Origin: Alphaproteobacteria bacterium
GTDB taxonomy: Bacteria; Pseudomonadota; Alphaproteobacteria; GCA-2731375
DNA length: 64,000 bases
Reading direction: 5' to 3'
Assembly (NCBI GenBank): GCA_965225945.1
Contig: CBDDBZ010000022.1
Coordinates: 42,627 to 106,626, forward strand
The position numbers and the translations under genes are program-made. Of the stretch, positions 8,768 through 21,608 are shown one piece after another; the first letter of the stretch is position 1; each line of letters opens with the position of its first letter. The notes under the pieces were generated by a model that ran no database searches, had not been told where the DNA came from, and worked only from the letters and a program-made list of their open reading frames with translations.

Positions 8768-11746
8768 ATGCATAAGGCCATATCCGTTCGCGGCGCACGC
8801 GAGCACAATCTGAAGAACATCGACGTCGACATCCCGCGCGACAGGCTGGTGGTGATCACCGGGCTTTCGGGCAGCGGCAAGTCCTCCCTCGCCTTCGACA
8901 CGATCTATGCCGAGGGCCAGCGGCGCTATGTGGAAAGCTTGTCCGCCTACGCGCGCCAGTTCCTGGAGCTGATGCAGAAGCCGGACGTCGATCATATCGA
9001 GGGCCTGTCGCCGGCGATCTCGATCGAGCAGAAGACCACCTCGCGCAACCCCCGCTCCACCGTCGGCACGGTGACCGAGGTCTACGACTACATGCGCCTG
9101 CTCTGGGCCCGGGTCGGCGTGCCTTATTCGCCGGCGACGGGCCTGCCAATCGAGAGCCAGACGGTGAGCCAGATGGTCGACCGGGTGATGGCGATGGCGG
9201 AAGGCACCCGGCTCTACCTGCTGGCGCCGATGGTGCGCGGGCGTAAGGGGGAATACCGCAAGGAGCTGGCCGAGCTGATGAAGCGTGGCTTCCAGCGGGT
9301 CAAGATCGACGGCGCCTTCCACCTGATCGAGGAGGCGCCGGGGCTCGACAAGAAGCGCAAGCACGAGATCGATGTGGTGGTCGACCGGGTGGTGCTGCGG
9401 CCGGACCTGGAGGCGCGCCTCGCCGACAGCCTGGAGACGGCGCTGGGGCTGGCTGACGGCATCGCCGTCGCGGAGGACGCGAACACCGGCGAGCGGACCA
9501 TCTTCTCCGCCCGCTTCGCCTGTCCCGTCTCCGGCTTCACCATCGACGAGATCGAGCCCCGCCTGTTCTCCTTCAACAACCCCTTCGGCGCCTGTTCGGC
9601 CTGCGACGGACTCGGCCGGGAGCTTTTTTTCGACGCCGACCTGGTGGTGCCGGACCCGGAAAAGACGCTCCGCAAGGGGGCGATCGCGCCTTGGGCCAAA
9701 TCGACCTCGCCCTATTACCTACAGACCCTGGACAGTCTGGCGCGGCACTACGGCGTCTCGATGACGGAATCGTGGCGCGAGCTGCCGGAGGCGGTGCGCC
9801 ACGCCATCCTCTTCGGCTCGGCCGACGAGCCGGTGGAAATGCGCTACGACGACGGGCTTCGTGCCTACAAGACCAAGCGGCCGTTCGAAGGGGTGATCCC
9901 GAACCTGCAACGGCGCTGGCAGGAGACCGATTCCGCCTGGTTGCGCGAGGAGATGGAGCGCTTCCAGGGGGTGACCGCGTGCAGCGCCTGCGGCGGCAGC
10001 CGGCTGAAGCCGGAGGCCCTGGCGGTCAAGCTCGACGGCCGCCACATCGGCGAGGTCTCCACACTCTCGATCCTGGCGGCGCGAGACTGGTTCGCCGGGC
10101 TCGACGCCAAGCTCGACGCCAAGCGCTCGGAGATCGCCAGCCGCGTCCTGAAGGAGATCAACGATCGCCTCGGCTTCCTGGTCAACGTCGGACTGGAGTA
10201 TCTGACCCTATCGCGCCATTCCGGCAGCCTCTCGGGCGGCGAGAGCCAGCGGATCCGGCTCGCCTCGCAGATCGGCTCGGGCCTGTCGGGCGTGCTCTAC
10301 GTGCTGGACGAGCCCTCGATCGGCTTGCATCAGCGCGACAACGCGCGGCTGCTGCAGACCCTGGTCGAGCTGCGTGATCTCGGCAATACCGTGGTCGTGG
10401 TGGAGCACGACGAGGAGGCGATCCGCGCCGCCGACCATGTCGTCGACATGGGTCCCAGGGCCGGCCGGCACGGCGGCGAGGTGGTGGCGGTGGGCACGGC
10501 GAAGGCGATCATGGCGGTGCCCGAGAGCCTGACCGGCCAGTATCTCGTCGGCCTGCAGCAGATCCCCGTGCCGAAGAGGCGGCGCAAGGGCCATCCCAGG
10601 CAGAAACTCACCATTCGGGGGGCGAGGGCCAACAACCTCGCCGACCTCACCGCGACGCTGCCGCTCGGCACCTTCGTCTGCGTCACCGGGGTCTCGGGCA
10701 GCGGCAAGTCGACGCTGATCATCGAGACCCTCTATAAGGCCCTGGCGCGGTTCCTGAACGGCGCCCGCGACGCGCCCGGCACCTTCGATGCCATCGAGGG
10801 CCTGCATTACCTCGACAAGGTGATCGACATCGACCAATCGCCGATCGGCCGCACGCCGCGCTCCAACCCCGCGACCTACACCGGCGCCTTCACGCCGATC
10901 CGCGAGTGGTTCGCCGGGCTGCCGGAAAGCACGCTCAGGGGCTACAAGCCGGGGCGCTTCTCCTTCAATGTCAAGGGCGGCCGCTGCGAGGCCTGTCAGG
11001 GCGACGGGCTGATCAAGATCGAGATGCATTTCCTGCCCGACGTCTATGTCACCTGCGATGTGTGCATGGGCCGGCGATACAATCGCGAAACCTTGGAAAT
11101 TACCTTTCGTAACAAATCGATAGCCGACGTTCTTGATATGACGGTGGATGAAGGAGCGGAGTTTTTCCAGGCCGTGCCGCTGATCCGCGACAAGCTGGTG
11201 ATGCTGCAACGGGTCGGCCTCGGCTACATCCATGTCGGGCAGCAGGCGACGACGCTCTCGGGCGGCGAGGCGCAACGGGTGAAGCTTTCCAAGGAGCTGT
11301 CCAAGCGGGCCACGGGCCGCACGCTCTATATTCTGGACGAACCCACCACGGGCCTGCATTTCGACGACGTGCGCAAGCTGCTCGAGGTCTTGCAAGCACT
11401 GGTGGAGACCGGCAACACGGTGGTGGTGATCGAGCATAATCTGGAGGTGATCAAGACCGCCGACTGGATCCTCGACCTCGGGCCCGAGGGCGGCGACGGC
11501 GGCGGCCGGATCGTCGCCGAGGGGACGCCCGAGGCGGTCGCCAAAAGCGCCGAGAGCCACACCGGATCCTATCTCGCCGAATATCTCGGCGTGCGGCGCA
11601 AGCGCGGCCGGGCGGCGGCCCGGGCGAAGACGCCGAAGCGGGCCAACGGTGCCGCGCCGAAGAAGCCACGCAAGCCCCACAAGAGCCGCGCCGCGCCGCG
11701 CCGGGGCGAGGTGCGGCCCGAGGCGTCGGGCCAGGGCGGTGCGTGA
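8768..11746 (+). CDS. uvrA: Excinuclease ABC subunit A
   Basis: [13 protein letters not shown], two Walker A motifs ([16 protein letters not shown]), Zn fingers, LSGGE signatures; basic C-terminal tail. Confidence 0.99.
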   Translation: MHKAISVRGAREHNLKNIDVDIPRDRLVVITGLSGSGKSSLAFDTIYAEGQRRYVESLSAYARQFLELMQKPDVDHIEGLSPAISIEQKTTSRNPRSTVGTVTEVYDYMRLLWARVGVPYSPATGLPIESQTVSQMVDRVMAMAEGTRLYLLAPMVRGRKGEYRKELAELMKRGFQRVKIDGAFHLIEEAPGLDKKRKHEIDVVVDRVVLRPDLEARLADSLETALGLADGIAVAEDANTGERTIFSARFACPVSGFTIDEIEPRLFSFNNPFGACSACDGLGRELFFDADLVVPDPEKTLRKGAIAPWAKSTSPYYLQTLDSLARHYGVSMTESWRELPEAVRHAILFGSADEPVEMRYDDGLRAYKTKRPFEGVIPNLQRRWQETDSAWLREEMERFQGVTACSACGGSRLKPEALAVKLDGRHIGEVSTLSILAARDWFAGLDAKLDAKRSEIASRVLKEINDRLGFLVNVGLEYLTLSRHSGSLSGGESQRIRLASQIGSGLSGVLYVLDEPSIGLHQRDNARLLQTLVELRDLGNTVVVVEHDEEAIRAADHVVDMGPRAGRHGGEVVAVGTAKAIMAVPESLTGQYLVGLQQIPVPKRRRKGHPRQKLTIRGARANNLADLTATLPLGTFVCVTGVSGSGKSTLIIETLYKALARFLNGARDAPGTFDAIEGLHYLDKVIDIDQSPIGRTPRSNPATYTGAFTPIREWFAGLPESTLRGYKPGRFSFNVKGGRCEACQGDGLIKIEMHFLPDVYVTCDVCMGRRYNRETLEITFRNKSIADVLDMTVDEGAEFFQAVPLIRDKLVMLQRVGLGYIHVGQQATTLSGGEAQRVKLSKELSKRATGRTLYILDEPTTGLHFDDVRKLLEVLQALVETGNTVVVIEHNLEVIKTADWILDLGPEGGDGGGRIVAEGTPEAVAKSAESHTGSYLAEYLGVRRKRGRAAARAKTPKRANGAAPKKPRKPHKSRAAPRRGEVRPEASGQGGA

Positions 11747-11765
11747 CCACCGACGGACCAGGCGG

Positions 11766-12262
11766 ATGAGCGAGATCGACGCCAAGCAACTGCAGTTCAC
11801 GATCAATTTCCTCGCCGCCGAGGATCGCCTGCTGTTGCGCGGAAGCTTCCCCGACGGCACCGAGATCCAGCTGCTGCTGACCCGCCGCTTGACCCGCGGC
11901 ATGTTGCAACTGGTGGACCAGGTCTCGACCCGCATCGTGCGCGGCGACATCCCCGATCCCGCGAAGCGGCGGTCCAGCAGGCCGACTTCAGCCAGACCTA
12001 TCGGACCGGCGAGGTGCATCCCTCGATGGCGGAAGGTCCGAAGCTGGTCACCGGCCTTTCGATCACGCCCAAGGCGGGGGACCGCTTAGCGCTCGCCTTC
12101 ACCCTCGACAAGGGCGAGAAACTGGCCTTCACCCTCGGCAACGACCATGTCTGGGGCCTCATAGACCTGGTCGCCCGGCAGGCCGCCGCCGCCGAATGGG
12201 ACTTGCCCGCGCCGACCAACGCCACGACCGCGACCAAGGCCCCCGCGGGCCCGGTGAACTGA
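11766..12262 (+). pseudogene. Conserved hypothetical protein, frameshifted near 11970
   Basis: MSEIDAKQLQFTINFLAAEDRLLLR...LLTRRLT continues in another frame as AVQQADFSQTY...PKLVTGLSI...AAEWDLP. Confidence 0.6.
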
Positions 12263-12316
12263 CGCGCGGCCGCCTCTCCGCTTGTAGAGCATGATCCGAC
12301 CATATGGAGACGTTTG

Positions 12317-13123
<807 letters not shown>

Positions 13124-13502
13124 GAAGCTGAATTGGAAAGTCGCCGAAGCCGGCGGGCGCCGGGCGGGTCGGCGAAGGCTCGGCGCCCGGCCTCGCGGCG
13201 AATGGGTACTCTCAAGCGGCCTCGATGGCTACCTGGCCGTACTATTATACCGGGCGCTGCAGCTTTATGATTACAACAATTACTACCGTTTGAGGTCAGC
13301 CGCGCGCCGACGGTGCGATCAATGTCGGGATGACGACCATGTCGCCTTCTTCCGTCTACCCGAATATTGGGTATAAGACGCCGTGTAATTCCCGCATTCT
13401 ACCGGCCTTGCCTCGCCGATTTCGGCTCTCTCGCTCGATCGCCGTATTTGCTCGATCGCGGGAGCGCGCCGCCCCTCAACCCGCGAGGTACAAGATAGTT
13501 AA

Positions 13503-14963
13503 CAGCCCGTTGATTAAGTGGCTTTTTCCGGCTCTCACTCCCAGATGAGGAATGCGGCGGCGAAAACCGTCTGGCCGCTTTGCGAGACCCCCAGTGCGAC
13601 CAGCATGGCCCCGGTGGGCGTGAGCAGCACGAAAATACCGCCATATCCGCCCGCCACGGCCTCGCGCGGGGTGCCGGCGCCGATGAGTTGGCGCATCAGC
13701 AACGATAGGTTGTGGCCGGCGACGTGGAGCAGGTATCGCTTGTGCACGTTCTCGCGGCCCCGAAGCCAGGTCCGGCGCATGCCGCCGCGATCGAGGTTGT
13801 GGGCGAAGGAGCGCTCGACGATCTCGGCGCGCAGCTTGAAGGCTTCCTTGGCCACCCCCGATAACAGCCGGGTCCGGTTGTTGGTGACCGCGCGCCGCGC
13901 CGCCTCGTCGCCGCGCCAGCGCGCGAAGCCCTTCTGCTTGGGCTCGGCGATCCGGGTCTTCCACGGGCCGTTGTCCAAGGCCTTCAAGACCGCCCGTGAG
14001 TGATAGCCTTTGTCGGTCACACATTCGGCCGGGTCCTCTGCCGTCGGCGCCGCGTCAACGCTCGCAAGGTTCTCCTTGGCCGTCTCCAACGTTTTGGGAA
14101 GCGTCGTCGTGTCGCCCTCGTCGGCCGGGTGCAGCTCGGCGGCCACCACCGCGCCGGTGTCCAGATCCACCGCGTGCTCGGGCTTGTAGGCCAGATGCGT
14201 CGTGCCGTCCTTCATCTTGGCGATCTTGGCCTCGGGGTCGCTCTTCGAAACCCAGTCCTCGTTGGAAAGCTTCTTGCCCTTGCGCTTGCGGTCCAGACGC
14301 GCCAGGTCCTCGGCCGTGGGCGTCTCGATGCCGCTCTCCCGGGCCAGGTGCTCCAGCATCTCCCGGTAGCCTTCACCCGTGTCGCGCCGCACGATGTTGC
14401 GCAGCGCCGCGTTGGCCTCCATGGTCGAGGCATCCACCCCGATGCGCTCGCCCTTCACCAGACCCGCCTCGCCGATCAAGGCCAGAACCCAGTCGAAGAC
14501 CGCCGCGTGGACTTCATGGGGCAGGCGCGCGCGGGTCTTCGACAGCCAGGAATGGTCCGGCACCCGCTCACGGCTCCCCAGTCGCAGGAACTCCCGCAGC
14601 GACAGGGAATCCGAGCAACGCCACTCCAGACCGCGCTCTGAGTCGATGCCCTCGAAGTAGCCCACCAGGTGCATGCGGAAATAGCGCCCGGGCGGCACCG
14701 AGGGCGCGCCCATCCTGGCCGCGTAATAGGGCCGGCAGCTCGCCTCGGCAAAGGCGTCGAAGCCGCCCTCGATCAGCACCGACTGCAGGCGGTCGTAAAA
14801 CACATGACCCGGCGAGCGCGGCATCTCCGCCCAGCCCACCATCAAGTCCCCCTGACGATCCTTCTGCTGTCCCATCGCCATCGGCGAATCCTCCGGTCAA
14901 ATCAGAACATCAAAGAATCAGACCAGGCCGCTTGCGTCCAGTGCCGACTTCGTCAACGGGCTG
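13503..14963 (-). mobile_element. IS1182-family insertion sequence
   Basis: IRs cagcccgttgattaagt / acttcgtcaacgggctg (15/17); TTAA duplicated at 13499-13502 and 14964-14967. Confidence 0.88.
13535..14881 (-). CDS. IS1182-family transposase (DUF772 + DDE)
   Basis: GAPSVPP..., GIDSERGLEWRCSDSLSLREFL, VPDHSWLS, GVDASTMEANA, TDKGYHS, VERSFA. Confidence 0.88.
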   Translation of the reverse strand: MAMGQQKDRQGDLMVGWAEMPRSPGHVFYDRLQSVLIEGGFDAFAEASCRPYYAARMGAPSVPPGRYFRMHLVGYFEGIDSERGLEWRCSDSLSLREFLRLGSRERVPDHSWLSKTRARLPHEVHAAVFDWVLALIGEAGLVKGERIGVDASTMEANAALRNIVRRDTGEGYREMLEHLARESGIETPTAEDLARLDRKRKGKKLSNEDWVSKSDPEAKIAKMKDGTTHLAYKPEHAVDLDTGAVVAAELHPADEGDTTTLPKTLETAKENLASVDAAPTAEDPAECVTDKGYHSRAVLKALDNGPWKTRIAEPKQKGFARWRGDEAARRAVTNNRTRLLSGVAKEAFKLRAEIVERSFAHNLDRGGMRRTWLRGRENVHKRYLLHVAGHNLSLLMRQLIGAGTPREAVAGGYGGIFVLLTPTGAMLVALGVSQSGQTVFAAAFLIWE

Positions 14964-15260
14964 TTAACGCCAGCACCCAAATGCTCATGCCGGTGAGCAA
15001 GTAGGTAAACGTGACTCTCCACCTGAGCGTCTGCATGGTATATTCCCCTCTCTTGTCGCTTGTTCCCCAGCGCGTCGCCGCTTCGCCTTTTCATAAAACT
15101 TTAGGCTAATTTCCGGTTTTGCAAGTGACCACCATCACCTCGGCGTAAATAAATCCGCCGTGACACGAAAATCGGCTCCGGGGAGACGCCGCCACCGCAC
15201 CGGCCAGCCGAGCGCTACGGCCCGGAATATCGGGACCAAGGTCAAGACGGCGGACGCCCT

Positions 15261-15740
15261 TCAGCCGTCGTCCTCGAGATGTCCGAGATGGTCCAGAACG
15301 CCCTGCAGAATGTAGGCGGCGGCGAGCTTGTCGACCAGCTCCGCGCGGCGCTTGCGGGTCGTGTCCAACTCTTCGATCAGCATCCTCTCGACCGCCCGGG
15401 TGGACAGCCGCTCGTCCCAGAAGACGATCGGAATATCACGCAATTCCAAAAGGTTGCGGGCGAATTGTCGTGTCGCCTGGCAACGCGGACCCTCGCTGCC
15501 GTCCATGTTGACAGGCCAGCCGAGGACTAGGCCGGCGACGCCGCGATGGTTGATGATTTCCAGCAGCCGGGGGCCAAGCTCGCGGAAGCGTCCCCGCGCC
15601 AAGGTTTCGAGCGGCGAGGCGACGCGCCGGTCTGGGTCCGAAATCGCGACGCCGACGGTCTTCGAGCCGAGATCGAGGCCGAGCAGGCGGGTTCCCTCGC
15701 CCAATGCGCCGAGCAGGTCCCGAGGCTTGTCTAACAGCAT
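15261..15740 (-). CDS. yqgF: Pre-16S rRNA nuclease YqgF/RuvX
   Basis: [46 protein letters not shown]; divergent from gatC. Confidence 0.95.
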   Translation of the reverse strand: MLLDKPRDLLGALGEGTRLLGLDLGSKTVGVAISDPDRRVASPLETLARGRFRELGPRLLEIINHRGVAGLVLGWPVNMDGSEGPRCQATRQFARNLLELRDIPIVFWDERLSTRAVERMLIEELDTTRKRRAELVDKLAAAYILQGVLDHLGHLEDDG

Positions 15741-15866
15741 CGCCGATGATAGGTTCCGCGCGCTTTTTCGCCTGCCGCGCCGGCCCTCCCCGAGCGCTCG
15801 CGATCGGCCCCGGGCCACCGGCGAATTGCGCGAATCCCGCTTTGCATGACGCAGGGAACGTCGCAC

Positions 15867-16154
15867 ATGTCGGTCGACAAGGCCACCGTTCGCCGCATCG
15901 CGCATCTGGCCCGCATCGGCGTCGCCGAGGACGAGCTGGAAGCTCTCGCGAGCGAGCTGTCGAAGATCCTCGCCTGGATCGAGCAGCTGCACGAGGTCGA
16001 CACCGAGAACGTGGCGCCCCTGGCGAGCGTCAACCAGGGCGCGCTTCGCCCGCGCGACGACGTGGTGAACGACGGCGGGCGGCCGGGCGACGTGCTGGGA
16101 GGCGCGCCGGACCGCCACGACGACTTCTTCGCCGTGCCGAAGGTGGTGGAATGA
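15867..16154 (+). CDS. gatC: Asp/Glu-tRNA amidotransferase subunit C
   Basis: [17 protein letters not shown]...FFAVPKVVE. Confidence 0.97.
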   Translation: MSVDKATVRRIAHLARIGVAEDELEALASELSKILAWIEQLHEVDTENVAPLASVNQGALRPRDDVVNDGGRPGDVLGGAPDRHDDFFAVPKVVE

Positions 16155-17641
16155 GCCCGCGCGAGCTTGGCCGGCTCTCCATCGCCGAGGCCCGCCGCCT
16201 GCTCGAGCGGCGGGAGATTTCGTCGCGCGAGCTCACGAAAGCTTGCCTCGGGGGAATCGAGAGGGCGCACGCGCTGAACGCCTTCACCACCCCGACGCCA
16301 GAGGTCGCGCTGGACATGGCGGCGGCGGCGGACGCCCGCATGGCCCGGGGCGAGGGCGGATCGCTGGAAGGCATCCCGCTCGCGATCAAGGACCTCTTCT
16401 GTACCCGGGGTATCGAGACGACGACGGCGAGCCGCATCCTCAGGGGCTTCCGGCCGAGCTATGAAAGCACGGTCACCGCCAAGCTCTTCGCCGAGGGCGC
16501 GGTGATGCTCGGCAAGACCAACATGGACGAGTTCGCCATGGGCTCCTCCAGCGAAAACAGCGACTTCGGCCCCGTGGTCAATCCGTGGCGCCGCGCCGGC
16601 GACGACCGCCCGCTCTCGCCCGGCGGTTCCTCCGGCGGCTCGGCTGCGGCCGTCGCCGCTGGCCTCGCCCTCGGCGCGATCGGGACCGACACCGGCGGCT
16701 CGATCCGCCAGCCGGCCTCGCTGACCGGCGTGGTCGGCTGCAAGCCGACCTACGGGCGCTGCTCGCGCTGGGGGGTCGTCGCCTTCTCCTCCTCTCTCGA
16801 CCATCCGGGACCGCTGGCCCGCAGCGTCGTCGACGCGGCGATCATGCTCAGGGCGATGGCCGGTCACGATCCCCGCGATGCGACCTCGGCCGATCTGCCG
16901 GTGCCCGATTTCGCCGCCGCCATCGGCGGCGATCTCGCGGGGCTGAAGATCGGCATTCCGCGGGAATATCGGGTCGACGGCATGGCCGACGCGGTGGAGG
17001 ATCTCTGGAGCCGAGGGCGCGCGTGGTTGAGCGAGGCCGGCGCCGAGATCGTCGATATCTCCTTGCCGCACACGAAATATGCGCTGCCGACCTATTACAT
17101 CGTGGCGCCGGCCGAGGCCTCGTCCAACCTCGCGCGTTACGACGGCGTGCGCTTCGGTCTCAGGGTCGAGGGCGACGACATCGACGCCATGTATGAAGCG
17201 ACGCGAGCCGCCGGCTTCGGTGCCGAGGTCCGCCGTCGGGTGCTGATCGGCACCTATGTGCTCTCGGCCGGCTACTACGACGCCTACTACCTGAAGGCAC
17301 AGCGGGTCCGCCGCCTGATCCGGGATGAATTCGAGCAGGTCTTTCGGAACGTCGACGCCATCCTGACGCCAACCACGCCGGAGGCCGCCTTCGCCATCGG
17401 CGAGAAGACGGACGATCCGATCGCCATGTACCTGAACGACGTATTCACCGTGCCGGGCGATCTTTCGGGCATTCCCGGCATTTCCGTGCCTGCGGGGCGC
17501 GACGCCGACGGCCTGCCGCTTGGCTTGCAGGTGATGACGCGGTCCTTCGACGAGGCGACGATGTTTCGGGCCGCGGCCGTGATCGAGGCGGCGGCGGGCT
17601 TCGAGGCGGCGCCCGAACCGTGGTGGCGGAGCGCGCCATGA
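16151..17641 (+). CDS. gatA: Asp/Glu-tRNA amidotransferase subunit A
   Basis: [52 protein letters not shown]. Confidence 0.98.
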   Translation: MSPRELGRLSIAEARRLLERREISSRELTKACLGGIERAHALNAFTTPTPEVALDMAAAADARMARGEGGSLEGIPLAIKDLFCTRGIETTTASRILRGFRPSYESTVTAKLFAEGAVMLGKTNMDEFAMGSSSENSDFGPVVNPWRRAGDDRPLSPGGSSGGSAAAVAAGLALGAIGTDTGGSIRQPASLTGVVGCKPTYGRCSRWGVVAFSSSLDHPGPLARSVVDAAIMLRAMAGHDPRDATSADLPVPDFAAAIGGDLAGLKIGIPREYRVDGMADAVEDLWSRGRAWLSEAGAEIVDISLPHTKYALPTYYIVAPAEASSNLARYDGVRFGLRVEGDDIDAMYEATRAAGFGAEVRRRVLIGTYVLSAGYYDAYYLKAQRVRRLIRDEFEQVFRNVDAILTPTTPEAAFAIGEKTDDPIAMYLNDVFTVPGDLSGIPGISVPAGRDADGLPLGLQVMTRSFDEATMFRAAAVIEAAAGFEAAPEPWWRSAP

Positions 17642-19107
17642 GCGAGACCAACCCCGATCTGGTCGCCGGCGCGAGCGGTGCCTGGGAGCTCGTCATCGGC
17701 TTGGAGATCCATGCCCAGGTGGCGTCGCGATCGAAGCTCTTTTCCGGTGCCGACACGGCCTTCGGCGCGGCCCCCAACAGCCAGGTCAGCCTGGTCGACG
17801 CGGCGATGCCGGGCATGCTGCCGGTGATCAACCGGATCTGCGTCGAGGCGGCGGTGCGCACCGGGCTCGGGCTCGGGGCCGAGATCAACCGGGTCTCGAT
17901 CTTCGATCGCAAAAACTATTTCTATCCCGACCTTCCCGCCGGCTATCAAATCTCGCAGTACAAGAACCCGATCGTCGGCGAGGGCGTGATCCGGGTCGAT
18001 CTCGCCGACGGCCGCGTCCGCGAAGTCGGGATCGAGCGGCTGCATCTGGAGCAGGACGCGGGCAAGAGCCTGCACGACCAGCACCCGAAGCTGACCTATG
18101 TCGACCTCAACCGCGCCGGCGTCGCGCTGATGGAGATCGTCTCCAAGCCGGACATGCGCTCGCCCGAGGAGGCGGGCGCCTACTTGCGCAAGGTCCGCGC
18201 CATCCTGCGTTATCTCGGCACCTGCGACGGCAACATGCAGGAAGGCTCGATGCGGGCCGACGTCAACGTCTCGGTGCGCCGTCCCGGCGCCGCGCTCGGC
18301 ACCCGGACCGAGACCAAGAACCTGAACTCCATCCGCTTCGTGCAAGCAGCGATCGCGTTCGAATGCCGGCGCCAGATCGAACTCGTCGAGGCCGGCGGCG
18401 AGGTGGTCCAGGAGACCCGCCTGTTCGACACCGAACGCGGCGTCACCCGGGTGATGCGGAGCAAGGAGGAGGCACACGACTATCGCTATTTCCCCGATCC
18501 CGACCTGCCGCCGCTGGTGCTGGACGAGGCGATGATCGAGCGTATTCGGGCCGAGCTGCCGGAACTGCCCGATGCCAAGCGGGCCCGCTACGTCGCCGCT
18601 CTCGGCCTCTCCGACGACGACGCGGGCGTGCTGGTCGCGGAGCAGGAGACCGCCGCGTTCTTCGAGGCCGTGGCGGCGGGCCGTGAAGCGAAGACGGTGG
18701 CCAACTGGGTGATGGGGGACTTCTTCGCCCAGTTGAACCGGGCCGGCCTGGAGGTGGCGGAAAGCCCGGTTTCCGCCGCGCAATTGGGGGCTCTGCTGGA
18801 CCTCGTGGCGGCCGGCACGATTTCCGGCCGGATCGCCAAGCAGGTCTTCGAGACCATGTTCAAATCCGGCGAGGACGCCGCCCACATCGTCGCGCGCGAC
18901 GGCCTGCGCCAGGTCTCCGACACAGGCGCGATCGAGGCGATGATCGACCAAGTGATCGCCGACAATCCCGAGCACGCGGCCGAGGTCCGGGGCGGCAAGG
19001 ACAAGCTGGTCGGCTGGTTCGTCGGCCAGGTGATGACCGCGAGCGGGGGCAAGGCCAATCCCCAGCTGGTAAACCAGATGCTCAAAGACAAACTGATGTC
19101 GAGTTGA
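17638..19107 (+). CDS. gatB: Asp/Glu-tRNA amidotransferase subunit B
   Basis: [36 protein letters not shown]. Confidence 0.98.
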   Translation: MSETNPDLVAGASGAWELVIGLEIHAQVASRSKLFSGADTAFGAAPNSQVSLVDAAMPGMLPVINRICVEAAVRTGLGLGAEINRVSIFDRKNYFYPDLPAGYQISQYKNPIVGEGVIRVDLADGRVREVGIERLHLEQDAGKSLHDQHPKLTYVDLNRAGVALMEIVSKPDMRSPEEAGAYLRKVRAILRYLGTCDGNMQEGSMRADVNVSVRRPGAALGTRTETKNLNSIRFVQAAIAFECRRQIELVEAGGEVVQETRLFDTERGVTRVMRSKEEAHDYRYFPDPDLPPLVLDEAMIERIRAELPELPDAKRARYVAALGLSDDDAGVLVAEQETAAFFEAVAAGREAKTVANWVMGDFFAQLNRAGLEVAESPVSAAQLGALLDLVAAGTISGRIAKQVFETMFKSGEDAAHIVARDGLRQVSDTGAIEAMIDQVIADNPEHAAEVRGGKDKLVGWFVGQVMTASGGKANPQLVNQMLKDKLMSS

Positions 19108-19112
19108 CGGCG

Positions 19113-20285
19113 ATGGTGGACGACACGGAATCCGGCGAGGGCTGGAAACCCAGGACCCGGGCGGCCCAAGCCCTCGGCTGGATCGATTCCCGGACCCGCG
19201 CCGTCGCGCCGCCGCTCCACCTCTCCACGAACTTCATCCGCGATCCCGACAACCGGTATCGCGCCGGCTACGGCTACGCCCGCGACGAGAACCCGAGCTA
19301 TGACCAGGCCGAGGCGCTGCTGGCCGAGCTCGAAGGCGGCGCCGGGGCCAAGCTCTTCGCCTCCGGCATGGCGGCGGCGACGGCGGTGTTTCAGACGCTC
19401 AGGCCGGGCGATCACGTCATCGCGCAGGAGGTGATTTATTGGGGACTCAGGCGCTGGTTGGCCGAGCATGCGACGGCCTGGGGTCTCGACGTCGAGTTCG
19501 TGCCGACTTGGGACACAGGCGCGCTCGCCCGCGCGGTGCGCCCGGGCGCGACCCGCCTGGTCTGGATCGAGACCCCGGCCAACCCGATGTGGCACATCGT
19601 CGATATCGAGGCGGCGGGGAAGATCGCCCATGGCGCCGGCGCCCGCCTCGCCGTCGACGGCACGGTGGCGACGCCGGTGCTGAGCCGGCCGCTGGCGCTC
19701 GGCGCCGACCTCGTGATGCACTCGGCGAGCAAGTATCTGAACGGCCACGGCGACATCATCGGCGGCGCGCTGGTCACGGCGCGGGCCGACGCGGCCTGGG
19801 AGGCGATCGCCCGCCAGCGCCACGACGCGGGCGCGATCCTGGGGCCGTTCGAGGCCTGGCTGCTGCTGCGCGGCATGCGGACGCTGCATTTGCGGGTGTG
19901 GGCGAGTTCCGAGGGTGCGTTGAGGCTGGCGCGCCATTTCCAGGGCCACGAGGCAATCGCCGAGGTGCTCTATCCCGGCCTCCAGGGCCATCGCGGCCAC
20001 GAGATCGCCGCACGCCAGATGTCCGGCGGCTTCGGCGGCATGCTATCGCTGCGCCTCGCCGGCGGCGAAGCGGCGGCGATCGCCACGGCGGCCGGGGTGA
20101 AACTCTGGAAGCGGGCGACCTCGCTCGGCGGGGTCGAGAGCCTGATCGAGCATCGCGCCTCGATCGAGGGAACGCAGACGCCGGTGCCGGGAGACCTGCT
20201 CCGGCTCTCCGTCGGCATCGAGGACCCGGGCGACCTCATCGCCGACCTGGAAGCCGCCTTGGCCTCCGCCGCCGTGGCGAGCTAG
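19113..20285 (+). CDS. PLP-dependent trans-sulfuration enzyme (cystathionine gamma-synthase/lyase family)
   Basis: YARDENP, FASGMAA, IETPANP, HSASKYLNGHGD (PLP Lys), SLGGVESL, RLSVGIED. Confidence 0.92.
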   Translation: MVDDTESGEGWKPRTRAAQALGWIDSRTRAVAPPLHLSTNFIRDPDNRYRAGYGYARDENPSYDQAEALLAELEGGAGAKLFASGMAAATAVFQTLRPGDHVIAQEVIYWGLRRWLAEHATAWGLDVEFVPTWDTGALARAVRPGATRLVWIETPANPMWHIVDIEAAGKIAHGAGARLAVDGTVATPVLSRPLALGADLVMHSASKYLNGHGDIIGGALVTARADAAWEAIARQRHDAGAILGPFEAWLLLRGMRTLHLRVWASSEGALRLARHFQGHEAIAEVLYPGLQGHRGHEIAARQMSGGFGGMLSLRLAGGEAAAIATAAGVKLWKRATSLGGVESLIEHRASIEGTQTPVPGDLLRLSVGIEDPGDLIADLEAALASAAVAS

Positions 20286-20335
20286 AATCGCGCCTGCTGG
20301 CGCCCTCCCCTCACCGCCCAAGGAGTCTCACCTCG

Positions 20336-20953
20336 ATGATCGATCTCTACACCTGGAAGACCTCGAACGGTCGCAAGGCGACCATCATGCTCGAGGAATG
20401 CGGCCTTGCCTATAACCTGCATCCCATCAACATCGGCCAGGGCGATCAGTTCACGCCCGAGTTCATCGCCATCAATCCCAACAGCAAGATCCCGGCGATG
20501 ATCGACGACGAGGGGCCGAACGGCGAGCCCTACACGATGATCGAATCCGGCGCGATGCTGATGTACTTGGCGGAGAAGACCGGCAAGTTCATGCCCTCCG
20601 AGATGGCGGCCCGCTACGAGGTCATCCAGTGGCTGATGTTCCAGATGGGCGGCATCGGCCCGATCTTCGGCCAGGTGCACCACTTCAAGCGGGCGGCGAG
20701 CGAAGAGGTGCCCTACGCCATCGACCGCTACTTCACCGAATGCAAGCGGCTCTACGGCGTGCTGAACGGCCGTCTCGACGGCCGCGAGTATCTGGCCGGC
20801 GAGATCTCGATCGCCGACTTCGCGACGCTGCCTTGGGTCTTCCGCCACGATTGGCAGGAGGTCGAGCTGAGCGAGTTCCCCAACGTCGCGCGCTGGTACC
20901 ACACGCTGATGGCGCGCCCGGCGCTGGCCCGGGGCATGGAGCTGCCGGAATAG
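20336..20953 (+). CDS. Glutathione S-transferase, Nu class (YfcG-like)
   Basis: MIDLYTWKTSNGRK, INPNSKIPA, ESGAMLMYLAEKTG, QWLMFQMGGIGP, SIADFA. Confidence 0.92.
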   Translation: MIDLYTWKTSNGRKATIMLEECGLAYNLHPINIGQGDQFTPEFIAINPNSKIPAMIDDEGPNGEPYTMIESGAMLMYLAEKTGKFMPSEMAARYEVIQWLMFQMGGIGPIFGQVHHFKRAASEEVPYAIDRYFTECKRLYGVLNGRLDGREYLAGEISIADFATLPWVFRHDWQEVELSEFPNVARWYHTLMARPALARGMELPE

Positions 20954-21112
20954 AGCCGATGGCGCCAAGCGGCGGGTCGGACCCGCGCGAAGGCGCCTCG
21001 GTCGGGCGCGTGCGTGCGGCGCTGGCCGCCGCCGGCTCGGAGGCCGAAATCACTCTATTGGCCGAGACCGCGCGCACGGCGGGCGATGCCGCCGCCAGCC
21101 TCGGCTGCCCCC

Positions 21113-21213
21113 TGGTGGTCTGATTCAGACGGATGGGTACCATCCGTCTGAATCAGACCACCAATCTTCAAAAGGATTGTGGTGCAAACCAAACATTGTT
21201 TGGTTTGCACCAC
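21113..21213. mobile_element. 101-bp double-hairpin MITE/RIME-like element
   Basis: 24-bp perfect stem 21113-21163 (loop gta), linker caatc...gattg, 17-bp perfect stem 21179-21213; ctgg repeated at 21112 and 21213. Confidence 0.85.
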
Positions 21214-21608
21214 TGGGCGCCATCGTCAAGTCCCTGGTCTTCGTCGTCGGCGAACGGCCGGTGATGGCGCTGGTCGCCGGCGATCGACGGCTCGACACCG
21301 CGGCGCTGGCGGCGACGCTCGGCCTCGACGGCGAGGTCGAGCGGGCCGACGCGGAGCTGGCGCGCCGGGCGAGCGGCTTCGCCATCGGCGCCATCGCACC
21401 CGTCGGCCACGCGCAACCGCTCGCCATCGCGATCGACGCCAGCCTCGGTCGTTTCGCGACCCTCCACGCCGCCGCCGGCCACCCCCGCTGCGTCTTGTTA
21501 GCGGTGGTTCCAGGGTGCGCTTATATGGTGCTCTTTTTGAGCGGTCGGTGGCGGTTGGCTGACGGGATGCTTTTGGGCTTGGCTGATTTTGTTTCGCGCT
21601 GTGGCTAT

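Larger units (their letters stand above)
13476..15036 (-). pseudogene. 31-aa single-TM small protein interrupted by IS1182
   Basis: Removing the IS gives GAGAGGGG-aatatacc-ATG MQTLRWRVTFTYLLTGMSIWVLALTILYLAG*. Confidence 0.6.

Noticed and set aside
11085-11170. AT-richer patch inside uvrA
   Set aside because: The protein sequence is canonical through it and no boundaries or repeats are visible
13296-13360. Minus-strand GRHPDIDRTVGARL resembling an XRE regulator N-terminus
   Set aside because: Too short, with no start codon and no following HTH
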